Shown here piece by piece: positions 13,250 through 24,975 of a stretch of DNA of 54,927 nucleotides (the stretch's first letter is position 1; each line of letters starts with the position of its first letter). The notes beneath the pieces are model-generated. The model worked only from the letters and a program-made list of their open reading frames with translations. It made no database searches and had not been told where the DNA came from. A program made the translations under genes and the position numbers. The stretch is from a virus. Taxonomy: Duplodnaviria > Caudoviricetes. The stretch is from positions 1-54,927 of the IMG/VR virus record IMGVR_UViG_3300021425_000048, one strand, 5' to 3'.

Positions 13250-14572
13250 ATGACTGAATACACAAACCTTACTTATTTACAATCCTTCTTGGATGAAATG
13301 AGATCTTCCTCTTCAGGAAATCATAAAATTGCAACTCTTAAAAAGTATGCCGATAATTCGGATGAGAATGAAGATAGAGAATTCCTCCAGAAGGTTTTCT
13401 TCTATACTTACAATCCTTATTATAAGTACAATGTTACTCCAAAGAATTGTAGGAAGAATTCAGATCTTCTAGGACATCCTAATACTTACGGTAGCATCTT
13501 TACCTTATTGGACGATCTTAGAAACCGGGTCTGTACTGGTCACTCTGCAATTGCTAATGTAAACCGCTTTATCCAAGAGTGGCCACAATGGGAGACAATC
13601 ATTTATTCAATTCTTAACCGAGATCTGAATATGGGCTGTGGCACTACTTCTATCAATAAGGCAATCCACCCAGAACTTATTCCTACCTTTAAGGTGGCTT
13701 TGGCAAATGCCTATAACCCTAAGAGAGTGGATTTTCAAAGCGGTGAATGGTACGGTTCTAGAAAACTGGATGGTGTCCGTTGTATCTGCCGTAAAGAAAT
13801 GAATACGGTTACCTTCTTTTCAAGGAACGGTAAAGAATTTGAAACTCTAGGTAAACTTGCCGATGAAATCTCTAAGATAGGTGGAGACTTTATCTTGGAT
13901 GGAGAAATCTGTATGGTAGATAAAGATGGCAATGAAGACTTCCAAGGAATCATGAAACAGATCCGAAAGAAGAATCATCAAATTGAAAATCCTAAGTTCT
14001 TTGTATTTGATTACTTAACTTTAGATGAATTTGATGATAAGGTTGGTACCACACCTCTTACCGAAAGACTCCACAATGGATATGACCGCCTCCCAGAAAA
14101 TATTAATTCAGATATGTTAGAATTCTTACCGCAAGTTCAATTGACTACTGAAGAACAATTTACCGAAATGGCTAAAGAAGCAGAAGAGGCTGGGTTTGAA
14201 GGTATCATGGTTAGAAAAAATACCGGGTATGAAGGTAAGAGAAGTCACAATCTTCTAAAGGTTAAAAAATTCCATGATGCTGAATACACGGTATTGGAAT
14301 GCATCAACGGTACCATGAGATGGACAGAAAACGGAAAGCAGATTGAAAAAGAAGGTCTAAGTAATATCATTATTGAACATAAAGGCAATAAGGTGAGTGT
14401 GGGATCTGGCTTCTCTAAAGAACAAAGAGAACACTATCTTAACAATCATAATGAACTAATTGGTAAAACCGTAACTGTTCAATATTTTGAAGAAAGTCAA
14501 AATCAGAACGGTGGATATTCATTAAGGTTCCCTGTAGTGAAACACATATATGAGAATGGGCGAGATTGTTAA
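13250..14572 (+). CDS. ATP-dependent DNA ligase
   Basis: KLDGVR (motif I), LDGEI, VFD, EGIM, LLKVK, VGSGFS and LRFP. Confidence 0.93.
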   Translation: MTEYTNLTYLQSFLDEMRSSSSGNHKIATLKKYADNSDENEDREFLQKVFFYTYNPYYKYNVTPKNCRKNSDLLGHPNTYGSIFTLLDDLRNRVCTGHSAIANVNRFIQEWPQWETIIYSILNRDLNMGCGTTSINKAIHPELIPTFKVALANAYNPKRVDFQSGEWYGSRKLDGVRCICRKEMNTVTFFSRNGKEFETLGKLADEISKIGGDFILDGEICMVDKDGNEDFQGIMKQIRKKNHQIENPKFFVFDYLTLDEFDDKVGTTPLTERLHNGYDRLPENINSDMLEFLPQVQLTTEEQFTEMAKEAEEAGFEGIMVRKNTGYEGKRSHNLLKVKKFHDAEYTVLECINGTMRWTENGKQIEKEGLSNIIIEHKGNKVSVGSGFSKEQREHYLNNHNELIGKTVTVQYFEESQNQNGGYSLRFPVVKHIYENGRDC

Positions 14573-14633
14573 TCTATACATACCATACATCACCTCTAGA
14601 GAAGAGTTGTGCGTAAGACGATAAATATAACAT

Positions 14634-15221
14634 ATGAAACTATTTGAGCGGTATATGAATAACAAAAGTATCACTATATTTGATGTTGATGATACTTTAG
14701 TTGTTACTAAGAGTAAGATTAAAGTACATAATCCTAAGACAGGGTTTAAAACTGAACTTACACCGCAAGAGTTTAATACATTTCAGCAAAGGGATAATGA
14801 TAAGATGGATTTTTCAGATTTTCAAAACCCTAATATCCTTAAAGGTGGTATGATTATTGAGTGGGTTTTTGATATCTTAAAAAGAACAATAGCAAAAGGT
14901 AAACCGGTAGGTATCATTACTGCGAGAGACAGCGCTGACCTTATATATGATTTTTTATCTCATCATGGAATTAAGATTAACCCAGATTACATATTTGCTA
15001 TTAATGATCCTAAATTAGGTTTTACTGGATCTACTGCACAAAAGAAGAAAGAAGCCTTTATGAAATTTGTTCAAATGGGCTTTAGGAACTTTAGGTTCTT
15101 TGATGATGATAAAGAAAATGTCAATATTGCAAAAAAATTGGCAAGAGAGAATAAGGATATCAAAATGGATGCTACCTTAATTAAACAGAAATGGATACCA
15201 AAATTCAGCGACTTCAAATAA
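14634..15221 (+). CDS. HAD-superfamily hydrolase
   Basis: FDVDDTL, ITAR, K and FFDDD motifs. Confidence 0.7.
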   Translation: MKLFERYMNNKSITIFDVDDTLVVTKSKIKVHNPKTGFKTELTPQEFNTFQQRDNDKMDFSDFQNPNILKGGMIIEWVFDILKRTIAKGKPVGIITARDSADLIYDFLSHHGIKINPDYIFAINDPKLGFTGSTAQKKKEAFMKFVQMGFRNFRFFDDDKENVNIAKKLARENKDIKMDATLIKQKWIPKFSDFK

Positions 15222-15664
15222 AGATAAACACATTTACTGATATCTTAAAAAGTATTAAAGAGTTATCTAATTCGTCTACTACTAAAGTAGGATGTATTGC
15301 ATTAAGAAAAGACTTTAGTAAAATTGCCAGTTTCGGTTATAACGGTTCTTATAGTGGAGCTGTGACTAATGATGTAACAGGTACCGAAGAGGACTCACTC
15401 ACACCTGGTGAAAGTGGGTTTATTCATGCTGAGGTGAATATGATTGCTAAGTTTAAAGAATATGATCCGCAAAATTATATTATTATGCTTACACTATCTC
15501 CGTGTAAAATGTGCACTAAAATTCTAGTCAATGCAGGGTTTAAGCATGTTTATTGGATTGAAGATTATCGAAATACTGAGCATCTCCAAATCTTCGATCA
15601 ATGCAAAATTACATACGGAAAAATTTCTAATCTTATAAATGACTACCATTCTATAAAGGGCTGA
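15191..15664 (+). CDS. dCMP deaminase
   Basis: KVGC, GYNG, HAEVN and TLSPCKMC motifs. Confidence 0.88.
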   Translation: MDTKIQRLQIKINTFTDILKSIKELSNSSTTKVGCIALRKDFSKIASFGYNGSYSGAVTNDVTGTEEDSLTPGESGFIHAEVNMIAKFKEYDPQNYIIMLTLSPCKMCTKILVNAGFKHVYWIEDYRNTEHLQIFDQCKITYGKISNLINDYHSIKG

Positions 15665-15690
15665 ATATATACAAAAAATAGTATGTCCTC

Positions 15691-16272
15691 TTGGTTGTTG
15701 AAGCATTAACTTTTAAGCTAGCTCTTGATTTTTTTACTTACTTAAAAAAGTATAAGATTGAAGTAGATAAGATCCGCATTGGTTTTTATGACCAAGCTGC
15801 GCAAAAAACCGAATACATTGATTTTACCGGATCTTCTCAGATGAATGAGTATTATCAAAACAATTACGTACCTTTTGATAATTGTTTTGTAGGGGATTTA
15901 GTTTCTATAGAATTATTTTTAGGTCAAAGTAATTTATATGACTTTATTACTGAATATAGAGCAGAAGACTTAACAGGAAATTTTAAATTAACTCCAAGTT
16001 CATCTTTTGATACCCAAAGGAACGCCCAACGAAAACCTTTAGTAGAAAGACAATCCGAATTTATTCGTAGGGCAGTAAAGGATTATCTAAAGTATTGGTC
16101 GGAGATCTATAGAATATATACAACAGGTATTTATTCACCGTGTTATGCAGTTCCTGGGTGGTCCGAGGGTACTTGGTATTTAAATCAATTGCGAGAGGTG
16201 TTTACTGAAAGGAGTGACATAAATGAATTTCCATATGATGATGCTAACATTATTAATGAACCACCTGAATAA
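15691..16272 (+). CDS. Hypothetical protein (TTG start uncertain)
   Basis: 193-aa ORF after GAATATATA (15663-15671). Confidence 0.65.
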   Translation: MVVEALTFKLALDFFTYLKKYKIEVDKIRIGFYDQAAQKTEYIDFTGSSQMNEYYQNNYVPFDNCFVGDLVSIELFLGQSNLYDFITEYRAEDLTGNFKLTPSSSFDTQRNAQRKPLVERQSEFIRRAVKDYLKYWSEIYRIYTTGIYSPCYAVPGWSEGTWYLNQLREVFTERSDINEFPYDDANIINEPPE

Positions 16273-16292
16273 ATAAAAAAAGACTAGATTAA

Positions 16293-19200
16293 ATGGCATT
16301 CAATCTTAAAGAATATATCATTTACAGGGATGAGGTTAAACGTGAATTGTTTAATAATGAAGTAGATGAAAATTTCAAAGCAGTAGCAAATCCATGGGTA
16401 GATAATAGAACCTATGAACAGGGACACGTTGTTTATCACCCTGTTGAAATTATTAATGAGACTGGTGGTACTAGTGTAGAATCAGAAGCGTTAGCTTGGT
16501 GGAGAGCAAATAAGAGAACAACACAAGGAGTATTTGAAACTTCTGAATGGGATTTGATTGGAGGTATTGGTACAGGTGATTTAACAGTTAATTCATCAAA
16601 TGGTTTCGGTAAGATATTAGTAAACTACACTGGCGCAACGCCATCTCTTCAGGCAGGTAACGATTTTCTTATTTCTTCTACTATACCAGATGATACTTTT
16701 AGATTGATTGCTGGTGCAGGAATGAGCTTACAGTATGATGACACTGTAAATGCAATAAAGATAATTAGCACTGGTGCCAGTGGTGAAATAAACCAAGGTA
16801 CTAATATTGGCGTAGGTGGCCAAAACATTTTTGGTGGTATGTCAGGTACCACGTTAACATTTAGAGGGATAACAGCATCAAACGGCTTTGGATCTGTTTT
16901 AACAGCTACACTAGATTCTGTTAATAATAATGTAGATATTAATTTTAATGAAGCTAATATTGATTTAGCTAACCTAAACAGTGGGTTACCTAAAATAAGT
17001 ATGTTATCAGATGTAAATGCACCTTCACCTAATCCTGCAGATTTTCTACAATGGAATGGTTCAAACTGGGTTAGTATTTCAGCAGCTGCTGCAGGTTTAA
17101 CTGGTTCCATTGGTGCAACTGGTGTTCAAGGTCCACAAGGACCACAAGGACCGCAAGGTGATGCCGGACCTATAGGAGCAACTGGTGTACAAGGGCCTCA
17201 AGGTTTAACTGGTGCAACTGGCACAGGTTTAACTGGTGCAACTGGTACAGAAGGCCCACAGGGACCTCAAGGTGATATAGGTGCAACTGGTACAGGTTTA
17301 GCTGGAGCAACCGGGTTAACTGGCTCTGGCGCAACTGGCGCAACTGGTACCGAAGGACCGCAAGGACCACAGGGACCTAAGGGTGATGATGGTGGTTTTG
17401 GTGGAGCTTCATTTAGTTATCAATTTAACACGGAAACTTCGGTAACTGATCCAGGTTTTGGATATGTTGGTTTAAATGATGCCGCCCCGCAGGATAATTC
17501 AACAATAATGATGATTAATGACTTTGGTGAAACTGGAGTTGACATATCATCATTTTTACAAACTATAGATTCATCAACATCAATACCAAAAGGCCATGTT
17601 AGACTTTCTTCTGCAGCAGATCCAAGTGAATTCATACTTTTTCAAATAACTGATTTAACTGATATGGCAGGTTGGTGGGACATTGATGTTATTGCAACTG
17701 CATCAACGGATCCTAGCCCATTTACTTTAGACGAAGAACTTATTGTTTCATTTGTTGTAACTGGTGAAAAGGGAGAAACTGGTGCAACTGGTATTCAAGG
17801 TGCAACTGGTACTGAAGGTCCACAAGGCCCACAGGGACCGCAGGGCGATATAGGTGCAACTGGTTTAGGTTTAACAGGTGCAACTGGTACTGAAGGTCCA
17901 CAAGGCCCACAAGGTGAAATAGGTGCAACTGGTATTCAAGGTTTAACTGGTGCAACTGGAGTTCAAGGTCCACAAGGTGATATAGGCGCAACAGGTGCAG
18001 AAGGACCACAAGGACCACAAGGTGCTACTGGTATACAAGGATTAGTTGGTCCACAAGGACCAGAAGGGCCACAGGGACCACAAGGTGATATAGGTGCTAC
18101 TGGGTTAACTGGACCTGCTGGTTCGGTTGCTGGATCTGTGGCATACGGTGAATTAACCCAAGTCGGCGGAGTTCCTACTTTAGCATTAAGCACTACATAT
18201 CAAGGTTGGTTAGGTACAGCAGGTGAATTAAATCAAATGACTAGCGTTGCTTCTGGTGGAGGTCAACAGGGTAATACTTTAGTTATTGATGCTGACGAAG
18301 GTGGTGTATATCAAATAAGTGCTACATATAATTTAGATATTGCACAAGGAGGTCTTATTTCAGCAGCCATATTTATAGGCGGTCTAATAGATTCAGCTAC
18401 TGAAACAAGCAGAAGTTATCAAAATAATTCAAATGGATCCTTTAGTATTACTGATTTGGTTGATCTTAGTGGTGGTGATGTAGTTGATGTTAGATTTAAA
18501 ATAGATTCTGGTACTACCACAATGACACCTATTAACATTGGCTTTAATTTAACAAAGCTAGTAGGTAACGGGGATGTAGGACCGCAAGGACCACAAGGAC
18601 CAATCGGTGCAACTGGCTCCGGTGCAACTGGTGCAACTGGTACCGAAGGACCGCAAGGACTGCAAGGTTTTATTGGTGCGACCGGTATTCAAGGACCACA
18701 GGGGCCGCAAGGTTTTATTGGTGCAACCGGTATTCAAGGACCACAGGGACCGGTAGGACCACAGGGACCGCAAGGTTTTATTGGTGCAACCGGCATTCAA
18801 GGGTTTGATGGACCGCAGGGTGCAACCGGAATACAAGGACCACAAGGTGATATAGGTGCAACTGGACCGCAGGGTGCAACCGGACCGCAAGGACCACAAG
18901 GAGACCCTGGTCCACAAGGACCGCAAGGTGCAACCGGTGTTCAAGGGCCACAAGGAGATATAGGCGCAACGGGTGCAGAAGGACCACAAGGACCGCAAGG
19001 TGCAACTGGTTTAGGTTTAACAGGTGCAACTGGTGTTCAAGGTCCACAAGGCCCACAAGGTGAAATAGGTGCAACTGGTATTCAAGGCCCACAAGGACCA
19101 GAAGGACCACAAGGTAGAATTGGTGCAACTGGTGCAACTGGCATTCAGGGACCTCAAGGACCTAAGGGTGATGGTGGTGATATAGGCGCAACTGGTGTTC

Positions 19201-20570
19201 AAGGTCCACAAGGACCAACTGGTGTTCAAGGTCCACAAGGACCGCAAGGTGAAACTGGTCAACAAGGACCCCAAGGACCACAGGGTGCAACTGGTGTTCA
19301 GGGTCCACAAGGACCAGAAGGACCACAAGGTAGAATTGGTGCAACTGGTGCAACTGGTGTTCAGGGACCTCAAGGACCACAAGGTGATATAGGCGCAACT
19401 GGTGTAGGTTTAACTGGTGCAACTGGTGTTCAAGGACCTCAAGGACCACAGGGACCTCAAGGTTTTATTGGTGCAACCGGTGTAGGTTTAACTGGTGCAA
19501 CTGGTGCAACTGGTGTCCAGGGCCCGACTGGGGTAGATGGATCAAATACTCTTAGATGGGAATATGAAACTGGTAGTATTGGGACTGCACCCACAGCTAC
19601 TAAATTTAGGACGGATAACACTACTCTTACCTCTATGACTTTTCTACATATCAATTACACTGATATAAATTCTAACCTGGTTACTAATTGGGTACAAAAT
19701 ATAGGGGATGGCGATACAATATCTGCGTACCAAGTGGATGATACTAGTCAGTTTGGGGTTTGGACAATTAATGGAAACCCATCCTATAATGCAAACTCCG
19801 CATTATTTGTTTTGAGTAACATATCAGGTAATGGCACACTATCTGCAGGTGAGAACTGGGCATGGTCTTATGTTAAAGACGGTCCGTCAGGGCCACAAGG
19901 TCCGTCAGGACCACAAGGGCCGCAAGGTGATACAGGTGCAACTGGTCCTGCTGGTTCAGGTGGAGGTACATTATTATTTTCTTCTACATTTACAGCTAGA
20001 TCAGCCCCACCGATAGTTGCCAATGGTTTTACACCTATTTATAACTTTGGTGAAGTAGGTTCAGCAGTTGAACCTGGTACTGCCACTTGGCAAGATGGGC
20101 GGACATCACCATTAAATTATAGTATTGGTGCTGGGATTGCTAATGCATTTAATTGGTATGAAGCTACAGTAGGTGCGCCAGCCGGTATTGATATAACCGA
20201 TGCGGATCAATTAAGATTAAGCGGTATAGCTGGTGTTTATGTACAAAGCGATGGTGGAAATTCACCTGATATTGCCACAAGAGTTAGATTTAGTGTAATC
20301 CGACCACCTATAAACCCCTCGGCTCCTACAATTACGGATATTGTATTAGGTGGAGCTGCCTTTGCACCCAATGGGACACCAACTCTAAATTTTACCACGA
20401 CAGGTGATAACGGTACGTATGTATCGTTTGATTATACATTCAACCCCGGAGTAAATATTAGCAGCGAAGATTTGATACTGATAGGTATTGGTTGGGAGAT
20501 GGCCTCTGGTGACCCACCGCCGGCTTCCAACGAATGGCACTTTAGGGATATTGCACTTCGTAAAGTATAA
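16293..20570 (+). CDS. Collagen-like fibre protein (putative head or tail fibre)
   Basis: Long Gly-X-Y tracts (GPQ, GAT) interrupted by globular domains. Confidence 0.85.
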   Translation: MAFNLKEYIIYRDEVKRELFNNEVDENFKAVANPWVDNRTYEQGHVVYHPVEIINETGGTSVESEALAWWRANKRTTQGVFETSEWDLIGGIGTGDLTVNSSNGFGKILVNYTGATPSLQAGNDFLISSTIPDDTFRLIAGAGMSLQYDDTVNAIKIISTGASGEINQGTNIGVGGQNIFGGMSGTTLTFRGITASNGFGSVLTATLDSVNNNVDINFNEANIDLANLNSGLPKISMLSDVNAPSPNPADFLQWNGSNWVSISAAAAGLTGSIGATGVQGPQGPQGPQGDAGPIGATGVQGPQGLTGATGTGLTGATGTEGPQGPQGDIGATGTGLAGATGLTGSGATGATGTEGPQGPQGPKGDDGGFGGASFSYQFNTETSVTDPGFGYVGLNDAAPQDNSTIMMINDFGETGVDISSFLQTIDSSTSIPKGHVRLSSAADPSEFILFQITDLTDMAGWWDIDVIATASTDPSPFTLDEELIVSFVVTGEKGETGATGIQGATGTEGPQGPQGPQGDIGATGLGLTGATGTEGPQGPQGEIGATGIQGLTGATGVQGPQGDIGATGAEGPQGPQGATGIQGLVGPQGPEGPQGPQGDIGATGLTGPAGSVAGSVAYGELTQVGGVPTLALSTTYQGWLGTAGELNQMTSVASGGGQQGNTLVIDADEGGVYQISATYNLDIAQGGLISAAIFIGGLIDSATETSRSYQNNSNGSFSITDLVDLSGGDVVDVRFKIDSGTTTMTPINIGFNLTKLVGNGDVGPQGPQGPIGATGSGATGATGTEGPQGLQGFIGATGIQGPQGPQGFIGATGIQGPQGPVGPQGPQGFIGATGIQGFDGPQGATGIQGPQGDIGATGPQGATGPQGPQGDPGPQGPQGATGVQGPQGDIGATGAEGPQGPQGATGLGLTGATGVQGPQGPQGEIGATGIQGPQGPEGPQGRIGATGATGIQGPQGPKGDGGDIGATGVQGPQGPTGVQGPQGPQGETGQQGPQGPQGATGVQGPQGPEGPQGRIGATGATGVQGPQGPQGDIGATGVGLTGATGVQGPQGPQGPQGFIGATGVGLTGATGATGVQGPTGVDGSNTLRWEYETGSIGTAPTATKFRTDNTTLTSMTFLHINYTDINSNLVTNWVQNIGDGDTISAYQVDDTSQFGVWTINGNPSYNANSALFVLSNISGNGTLSAGENWAWSYVKDGPSGPQGPSGPQGPQGDTGATGPAGSGGGTLLFSSTFTARSAPPIVANGFTPIYNFGEVGSAVEPGTATWQDGRTSPLNYSIGAGIANAFNWYEATVGAPAGIDITDADQLRLSGIAGVYVQSDGGNSPDIATRVRFSVIRPPINPSAPTITDIVLGGAAFAPNGTPTLNFTTTGDNGTYVSFDYTFNPGVNISSEDLILIGIGWEMASGDPPPASNEWHFRDIALRKV
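18565..19545 (+). repeat. Longest collagen tract (9-bp-unit repeats) with a 53-nt exact duplication at 19089-19141 and 19305-19357
   Basis: GGTGCAACT and GGACCACAA units. Confidence 0.9.
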
Positions 20571-20621
20571 CTTAAACAATTTCTATTTTCTTGAGTATAA
20601 TAATTACTAAAGGATAATAGT

Positions 20622-21116
20622 ATGGAAAATACAGAACAGGAAAGACTTCAGTGGATTAAAGGTGATAAGATAGGTACGGTAGAAACTGTCACAGGTACTG
20701 AAGGGGAGTGGACAATATTTGCAAGCGGAGGGAGAGTATCTACTAACCTAATAGGTGAGTTCTTAACTCCCATTCAAGGTGAGCCTATGGATTTTTCTGA
20801 CCCACCACCAAATTCTGCTTTAAAAGAAGCTGCAAAAACTTATAAGAAAAACGCTGTAAGTTTACCTATGGCTTCTCCCATTAGGACCCTTTTTGATAAA
20901 CAGAAAAAGAATGATAAAATTAAACTTAATTTATCCTTTCCTATTGAAGTTCCTAAAGAAGCTATTTATGAAATTATTAGCTCTTCATTTGATTTAGATG
21001 AAGTCAATAATGAATTAGAATCTTTTATCGTTGATCAAATATCAGACGACTTTGTTAAAGATAGTTTAATGCAAAGCATTAAGGAATTGATTTCTACACG
21101 CTATAAAATTGACTAG
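20622..21116 (+). CDS. Hypothetical protein
   Basis: 164 aa after TAAAC-N18-TATAAT. Confidence 0.75.
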   Translation: MENTEQERLQWIKGDKIGTVETVTGTEGEWTIFASGGRVSTNLIGEFLTPIQGEPMDFSDPPPNSALKEAAKTYKKNAVSLPMASPIRTLFDKQKKNDKIKLNLSFPIEVPKEAIYEIISSSFDLDEVNNELESFIVDQISDDFVKDSLMQSIKELISTRYKID

Positions 21117-21152
21117 TCAATTTAACCTATAATATATAATAAAATTAAGCAT

Positions 21153-21359
21153 ATGACACAATTACCAAATAGAAAACAGAGAAGAGCTGCTCTTAAATAC
21201 CAAGGAATACTTAAAGCTAAATCAGAAGCATCTATTAAGGAATGGACCGAATATGTAAGAGAAAATATTAAATCTGGCGAAGAGCTCCACAAATCAAACC
21301 TCGATCGCACCATAGCTGAACAAGGCGAGGCGCAAGATAAGAAAGAAGCAAATGGTTAA
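21153..21359 (+). CDS. Small hypothetical protein
   Basis: N-terminal NRKQRR motif. Confidence 0.65.
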   Translation: MTQLPNRKQRRAALKYQGILKAKSEASIKEWTEYVRENIKSGEELHKSNLDRTIAEQGEAQDKKEANG

Positions 21360-21681
21360 GATTATACTTGAGCCTGCTAGAAATGGCGTTATAAAAAGAG
21401 TAGTCGATGATAATCACGGTGGAGGTAAAGAGCAATGGACTTCTGTGGATGTATTTGAATTTAACGACGATCATAAGAATAAGTATGAATACATCATGAG
21501 ATTCTTTTGGGAGCTTTCAGAAGATCTAGGTTTAGATTGTGGCAACAAATTTGATAAAAATGTCTTAAAACTAAAGACAGAATGGGGTAGTCACTATGAA
21601 CCTAACCAGAAGGAAATTGAGAGTAAAATAAAAGAACTCCAGGCAGAGATCGATTTATTAACTGAATGGAAACAAGTATAG
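21352..21681 (+). CDS. Hypothetical protein
   Basis: Overlapping operon. Confidence 0.7.
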   Translation: MVKIILEPARNGVIKRVVDDNHGGGKEQWTSVDVFEFNDDHKNKYEYIMRFFWELSEDLGLDCGNKFDKNVLKLKTEWGSHYEPNQKEIESKIKELQAEIDLLTEWKQV

Positions 21682-22055
21682 AATTTAACTTCATATATTC
21701 TAAAGATGCAATAAAGGTAAAGTCATTCTTAGGAAATGTGCCTAGAAATATTGAGTGTATTAATTACATGGATATTTTTAATAAGCTAACCAAAAATGAC
21801 TTTTATCAGCATGAACCTTCTGATGCAGTAGTTTCTTCTTATTTAATGAAACAGTTACAAACAATTTTAGATCGGTCAACCACCACATCTATTTTTTATG
21901 TTTTAGGAAATCTTAATGACCACACTATTAAAGGGATAAAAAGATATGTAGAATCTTTAACTACAAAGGATATAGTTTATAACATATATCATTCACCTGA
22001 CATTAATGTAAACGGTAGCGCTAAATTTTTTCAAAATGTAGTAGAGTTTGAATGA
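21666..22055 (+). CDS. Hypothetical protein
   Basis: Overlapping operon. Confidence 0.7.
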   Translation: METSIEFNFIYSKDAIKVKSFLGNVPRNIECINYMDIFNKLTKNDFYQHEPSDAVVSSYLMKQLQTILDRSTTTSIFYVLGNLNDHTIKGIKRYVESLTTKDIVYNIYHSPDINVNGSAKFFQNVVEFE

Positions 22056-22615
22056 AAGCTCATAGAATATTTACAAAAGGGCAAACTGTATATTGTCTAC
22101 TGTCATCTTTTAGCAGGCCTAATGTTCTACTTCCAGTAAAAGGTCTTATTATAGATACGCAATGGGATCCTATTAATCCATTGTACAAAATTCGTATTAT
22201 TAAGATGTATGATAATATGAAGTATCTTAAGTCTCATTTTTTTGATATGAATTTTAAATATGAGTTTGATAATAGAGCCAGAAAAATGCCTCTAAAGAAA
22301 GAAGATTTTAGAAATGTAAAATCATTAGAGGAACGATTCGATGAAAATGACAGAGAAAGGTTTTATGTAATAGTAGAATCCGTTATGTGTAAAAAAACTA
22401 AAAATGATTTACTAGGATTATTTGAAAAAGTTCAGTTTTATATAATATCAAAAAACTTAAAAGAAATAAGAGATATATCATCAAGACCTTTTTTTAAAGG
22501 TTCTCTTTCTACCGATAGCTCGCAAGAGTTTGATGTTAGATTTAAAAAAGGTTGGTCTGATAAGTTTAAAAAGGGAGATATTGATATTGATAAGTATCTT
22601 GAAAGCTTAGGCTGA
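22052..22615 (+). CDS. Hypothetical protein
   Basis: ATGA overlap, 187 aa. Confidence 0.7.
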   Translation: MKAHRIFTKGQTVYCLLSSFSRPNVLLPVKGLIIDTQWDPINPLYKIRIIKMYDNMKYLKSHFFDMNFKYEFDNRARKMPLKKEDFRNVKSLEERFDENDRERFYVIVESVMCKKTKNDLLGLFEKVQFYIISKNLKEIRDISSRPFFKGSLSTDSSQEFDVRFKKGWSDKFKKGDIDIDKYLESLG

Positions 22616-22641
22616 ATATATACTAAAAATAGACTCTATAT

Positions 22642-24432
22642 ATGCCATTATCTAATGCAATATCATCTGTTAATGATGCACTCTTTCCAACAAACCCTAG
22701 TAAAGCAACATCTGATAGATTAGGAGTTTTCGGTGGTGAATCGGTTGGGCTTGCACATGAAATAGAACAGGGCGTGGCTAAAAGTTTTTACCAGAACGGT
22801 GCATTACCTGATCAGTTTAGTGTATCCGAAGGTATGCAAAATATTAAGGTACCTAGATCCATTTTTAATAAATATGCTCTTTTTAATTTTAGAGGAATGT
22901 ATGGTGGTTTAGTCGGTAGCACATCAGATGCATTTTTTGACCAGGCTAACAATAGACTTACTGGTGGTAATGATTCTCATAATGTATCTATATCTAAAGT
23001 AATGGAGTTCTATAATCAGAACTACCAGAAGATATCTTACACTGCACAGGACTTTCTATATTCAAAGTATTACAAAAAGATCCCTGTTAATCATTTAATT
23101 ACATTAAGAAGGTTTCCTGTACCGGTAGAGGATAATATATTTGATTTAACTAAGTCACCTGGATCTAAAGATGGCAATACTGATGTTGCTTCGGCTAGTG
23201 TTGATTCTACTCAAACTGCTGGTGTAACTGCAATTACTTACATGGGAGAAAAACCTGGTAATAAATTAGAGGATCTTTTAAAGATGTCTTATGGTTTAAA
23301 TTACAAGGAAGTTAAATCTGAAATGGAAGATATTAGTAGCGGTGACGGTGGGTATACAACTCAGCCTTTTTATTCTAAGATGGGTGGTATTGGTAGAGCA
23401 ACTGCCGATGCATTTAAAGGTATCAGTTCAAGACAAAAGTTTGCTAGTCAATTAAACAGTACAGGTGATAAGTTAGGTACTACTTATGCTAACTTTGTAA
23501 TAGGTCCTGTTAATGTTATTGATAGTACTTACATTAGGGACCGTGGTATGAAATTTAACCAGGACATGAAACTTAATTTTGAGTATGAGCTTAAATCTCT
23601 TAATTATGTCAACCCTAAAATAGCAATGATTGATATTATAAGTAATATGTTAACTATGACTTATAACAATGGACAATTCTTCGGTGGTGGTCAAAGGTAC
23701 TATGGTAGTGCAGGTGCAGTTGCTAGTCAATTTGGGGATATTAATAAATTAAAGCAAGGTGACTTTAGTGGATATATTGGATCTGTTGTTACTGATGTAG
23801 AGACAGGTTTTAAGAACGTGTTTGGTGGTGGCACTGGTGAATTTAATTTAGATAATGGATTAGATGGTTTACTTAAAGTTGGTAAAACACTTTTAGGTAA
23901 TATGCTTGGTGGATTTTTAAGTTCCAATGTAGGTGCCGTATCAGGTACACAAGCAACTAAGGCTTTAATTAGTGCCGAGCCTACTGGAGACTGGCATGTC
24001 ACTATAGGAAATCCACTCAATCCTATCGTAATGATGGGTAATATGTATTGTGATAATTCAACGATGACTTTAGGTAATGGTTTAGGATATGATGATTTTC
24101 CAATGGAGGTGAAATTTGAACTTGATCTTAAACACGGCAAACCTAGAGATAAAGGTGATATAGAAAATATGTTCAATGCAGGGCGAGGCAGAATATACGC
24201 GTCAGCTGCTGGTGAATCTGATATACTAAATTTAGCAGGTGAAGATGTTGCAACTTATGGGTCTGTTAAAGCTGGCAATTTTTCTAAAGGATTACAGGCC
24301 ACACAAGGTAACCCTGCAAATTCATTTGGTAATTCATCTTTAACCAATCTTAAAAATACCCCTGTTGCTCAGTCAACTGGCGACACTGCTGAATACATAT
24401 CTAATATGACGAGCATGATAATAGATTCTTAA
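22642..24432 (+). CDS. Putative tail/baseplate structural protein
   Basis: 596 aa, late motif upstream, precedes gp53-like gene; function from context only. Confidence 0.55.
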   Translation: MPLSNAISSVNDALFPTNPSKATSDRLGVFGGESVGLAHEIEQGVAKSFYQNGALPDQFSVSEGMQNIKVPRSIFNKYALFNFRGMYGGLVGSTSDAFFDQANNRLTGGNDSHNVSISKVMEFYNQNYQKISYTAQDFLYSKYYKKIPVNHLITLRRFPVPVEDNIFDLTKSPGSKDGNTDVASASVDSTQTAGVTAITYMGEKPGNKLEDLLKMSYGLNYKEVKSEMEDISSGDGGYTTQPFYSKMGGIGRATADAFKGISSRQKFASQLNSTGDKLGTTYANFVIGPVNVIDSTYIRDRGMKFNQDMKLNFEYELKSLNYVNPKIAMIDIISNMLTMTYNNGQFFGGGQRYYGSAGAVASQFGDINKLKQGDFSGYIGSVVTDVETGFKNVFGGGTGEFNLDNGLDGLLKVGKTLLGNMLGGFLSSNVGAVSGTQATKALISAEPTGDWHVTIGNPLNPIVMMGNMYCDNSTMTLGNGLGYDDFPMEVKFELDLKHGKPRDKGDIENMFNAGRGRIYASAAGESDILNLAGEDVATYGSVKAGNFSKGLQATQGNPANSFGNSSLTNLKNTPVAQSTGDTAEYISNMTSMIIDS

Positions 24433-24434
24433 GT

Positions 24435-24974
24435 ATGAATATTAAATCTTTAGCATTAAAAAATAAATTAACAGAGGAAAGAACTGGTGAATTTTATTAT
24501 GATCTCACCGCACCTTCTTTTATATATGATTCTGAATTAGGCGTAAAGGCTTTGCATTATGTTAAGCTAGATCAGATAGGTCGTATTGACAAGATATCAC
24601 AAATATATTTTGGTAGTGGTGAATTCATTGATGCTATTTGTGTAGTTAATAATATCTTTAATCCTTTTTCCGTTAATGAAGGTGATGTTTTAGTTATACC
24701 TAATTTATCACGACAAGATTTAGTTTACTTAAGACCTAATCCTGCGTCTAGGCCTAATACTACACAAGAAGCATATGTTGATACTGGTAGACAAAGCGAA
24801 AAGGATCAATCAAGAATACAGAGATTGATTAAAAAGGCTAAGAGTAGTAAGTCAGGGGTTAGTCAACCTATGCCACCAAATATGCTACAACCTGGACAAG
24901 AAACCAAGGCATATGAAGGTGGTAAGATTAAGTTAGGAACTAATTTAAATAGTAGAAGTACTAAAGCAAATTAA
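24435..24974 (+). CDS. Baseplate wedge protein, T4 gp53/LysM-like
   Basis: RIDKISQIYFG...ICVVNNIFNPFSVNEGDVLVIP. Confidence 0.7.
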   Translation: MNIKSLALKNKLTEERTGEFYYDLTAPSFIYDSELGVKALHYVKLDQIGRIDKISQIYFGSGEFIDAICVVNNIFNPFSVNEGDVLVIPNLSRQDLVYLRPNPASRPNTTQEAYVDTGRQSEKDQSRIQRLIKKAKSSKSGVSQPMPPNMLQPGQETKAYEGGKIKLGTNLNSRSTKAN

Positions 24975-24975
24975 T

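Noticed and set aside
16649-19654. Many antisense and off-frame ORFs over the collagen gene
   Set aside because: Shadow ORFs from low-complexity repeats
17095-19965. CRISPR-like array in the repeat region
   Set aside because: Repeats are in-frame collagen codons with no unique spacers
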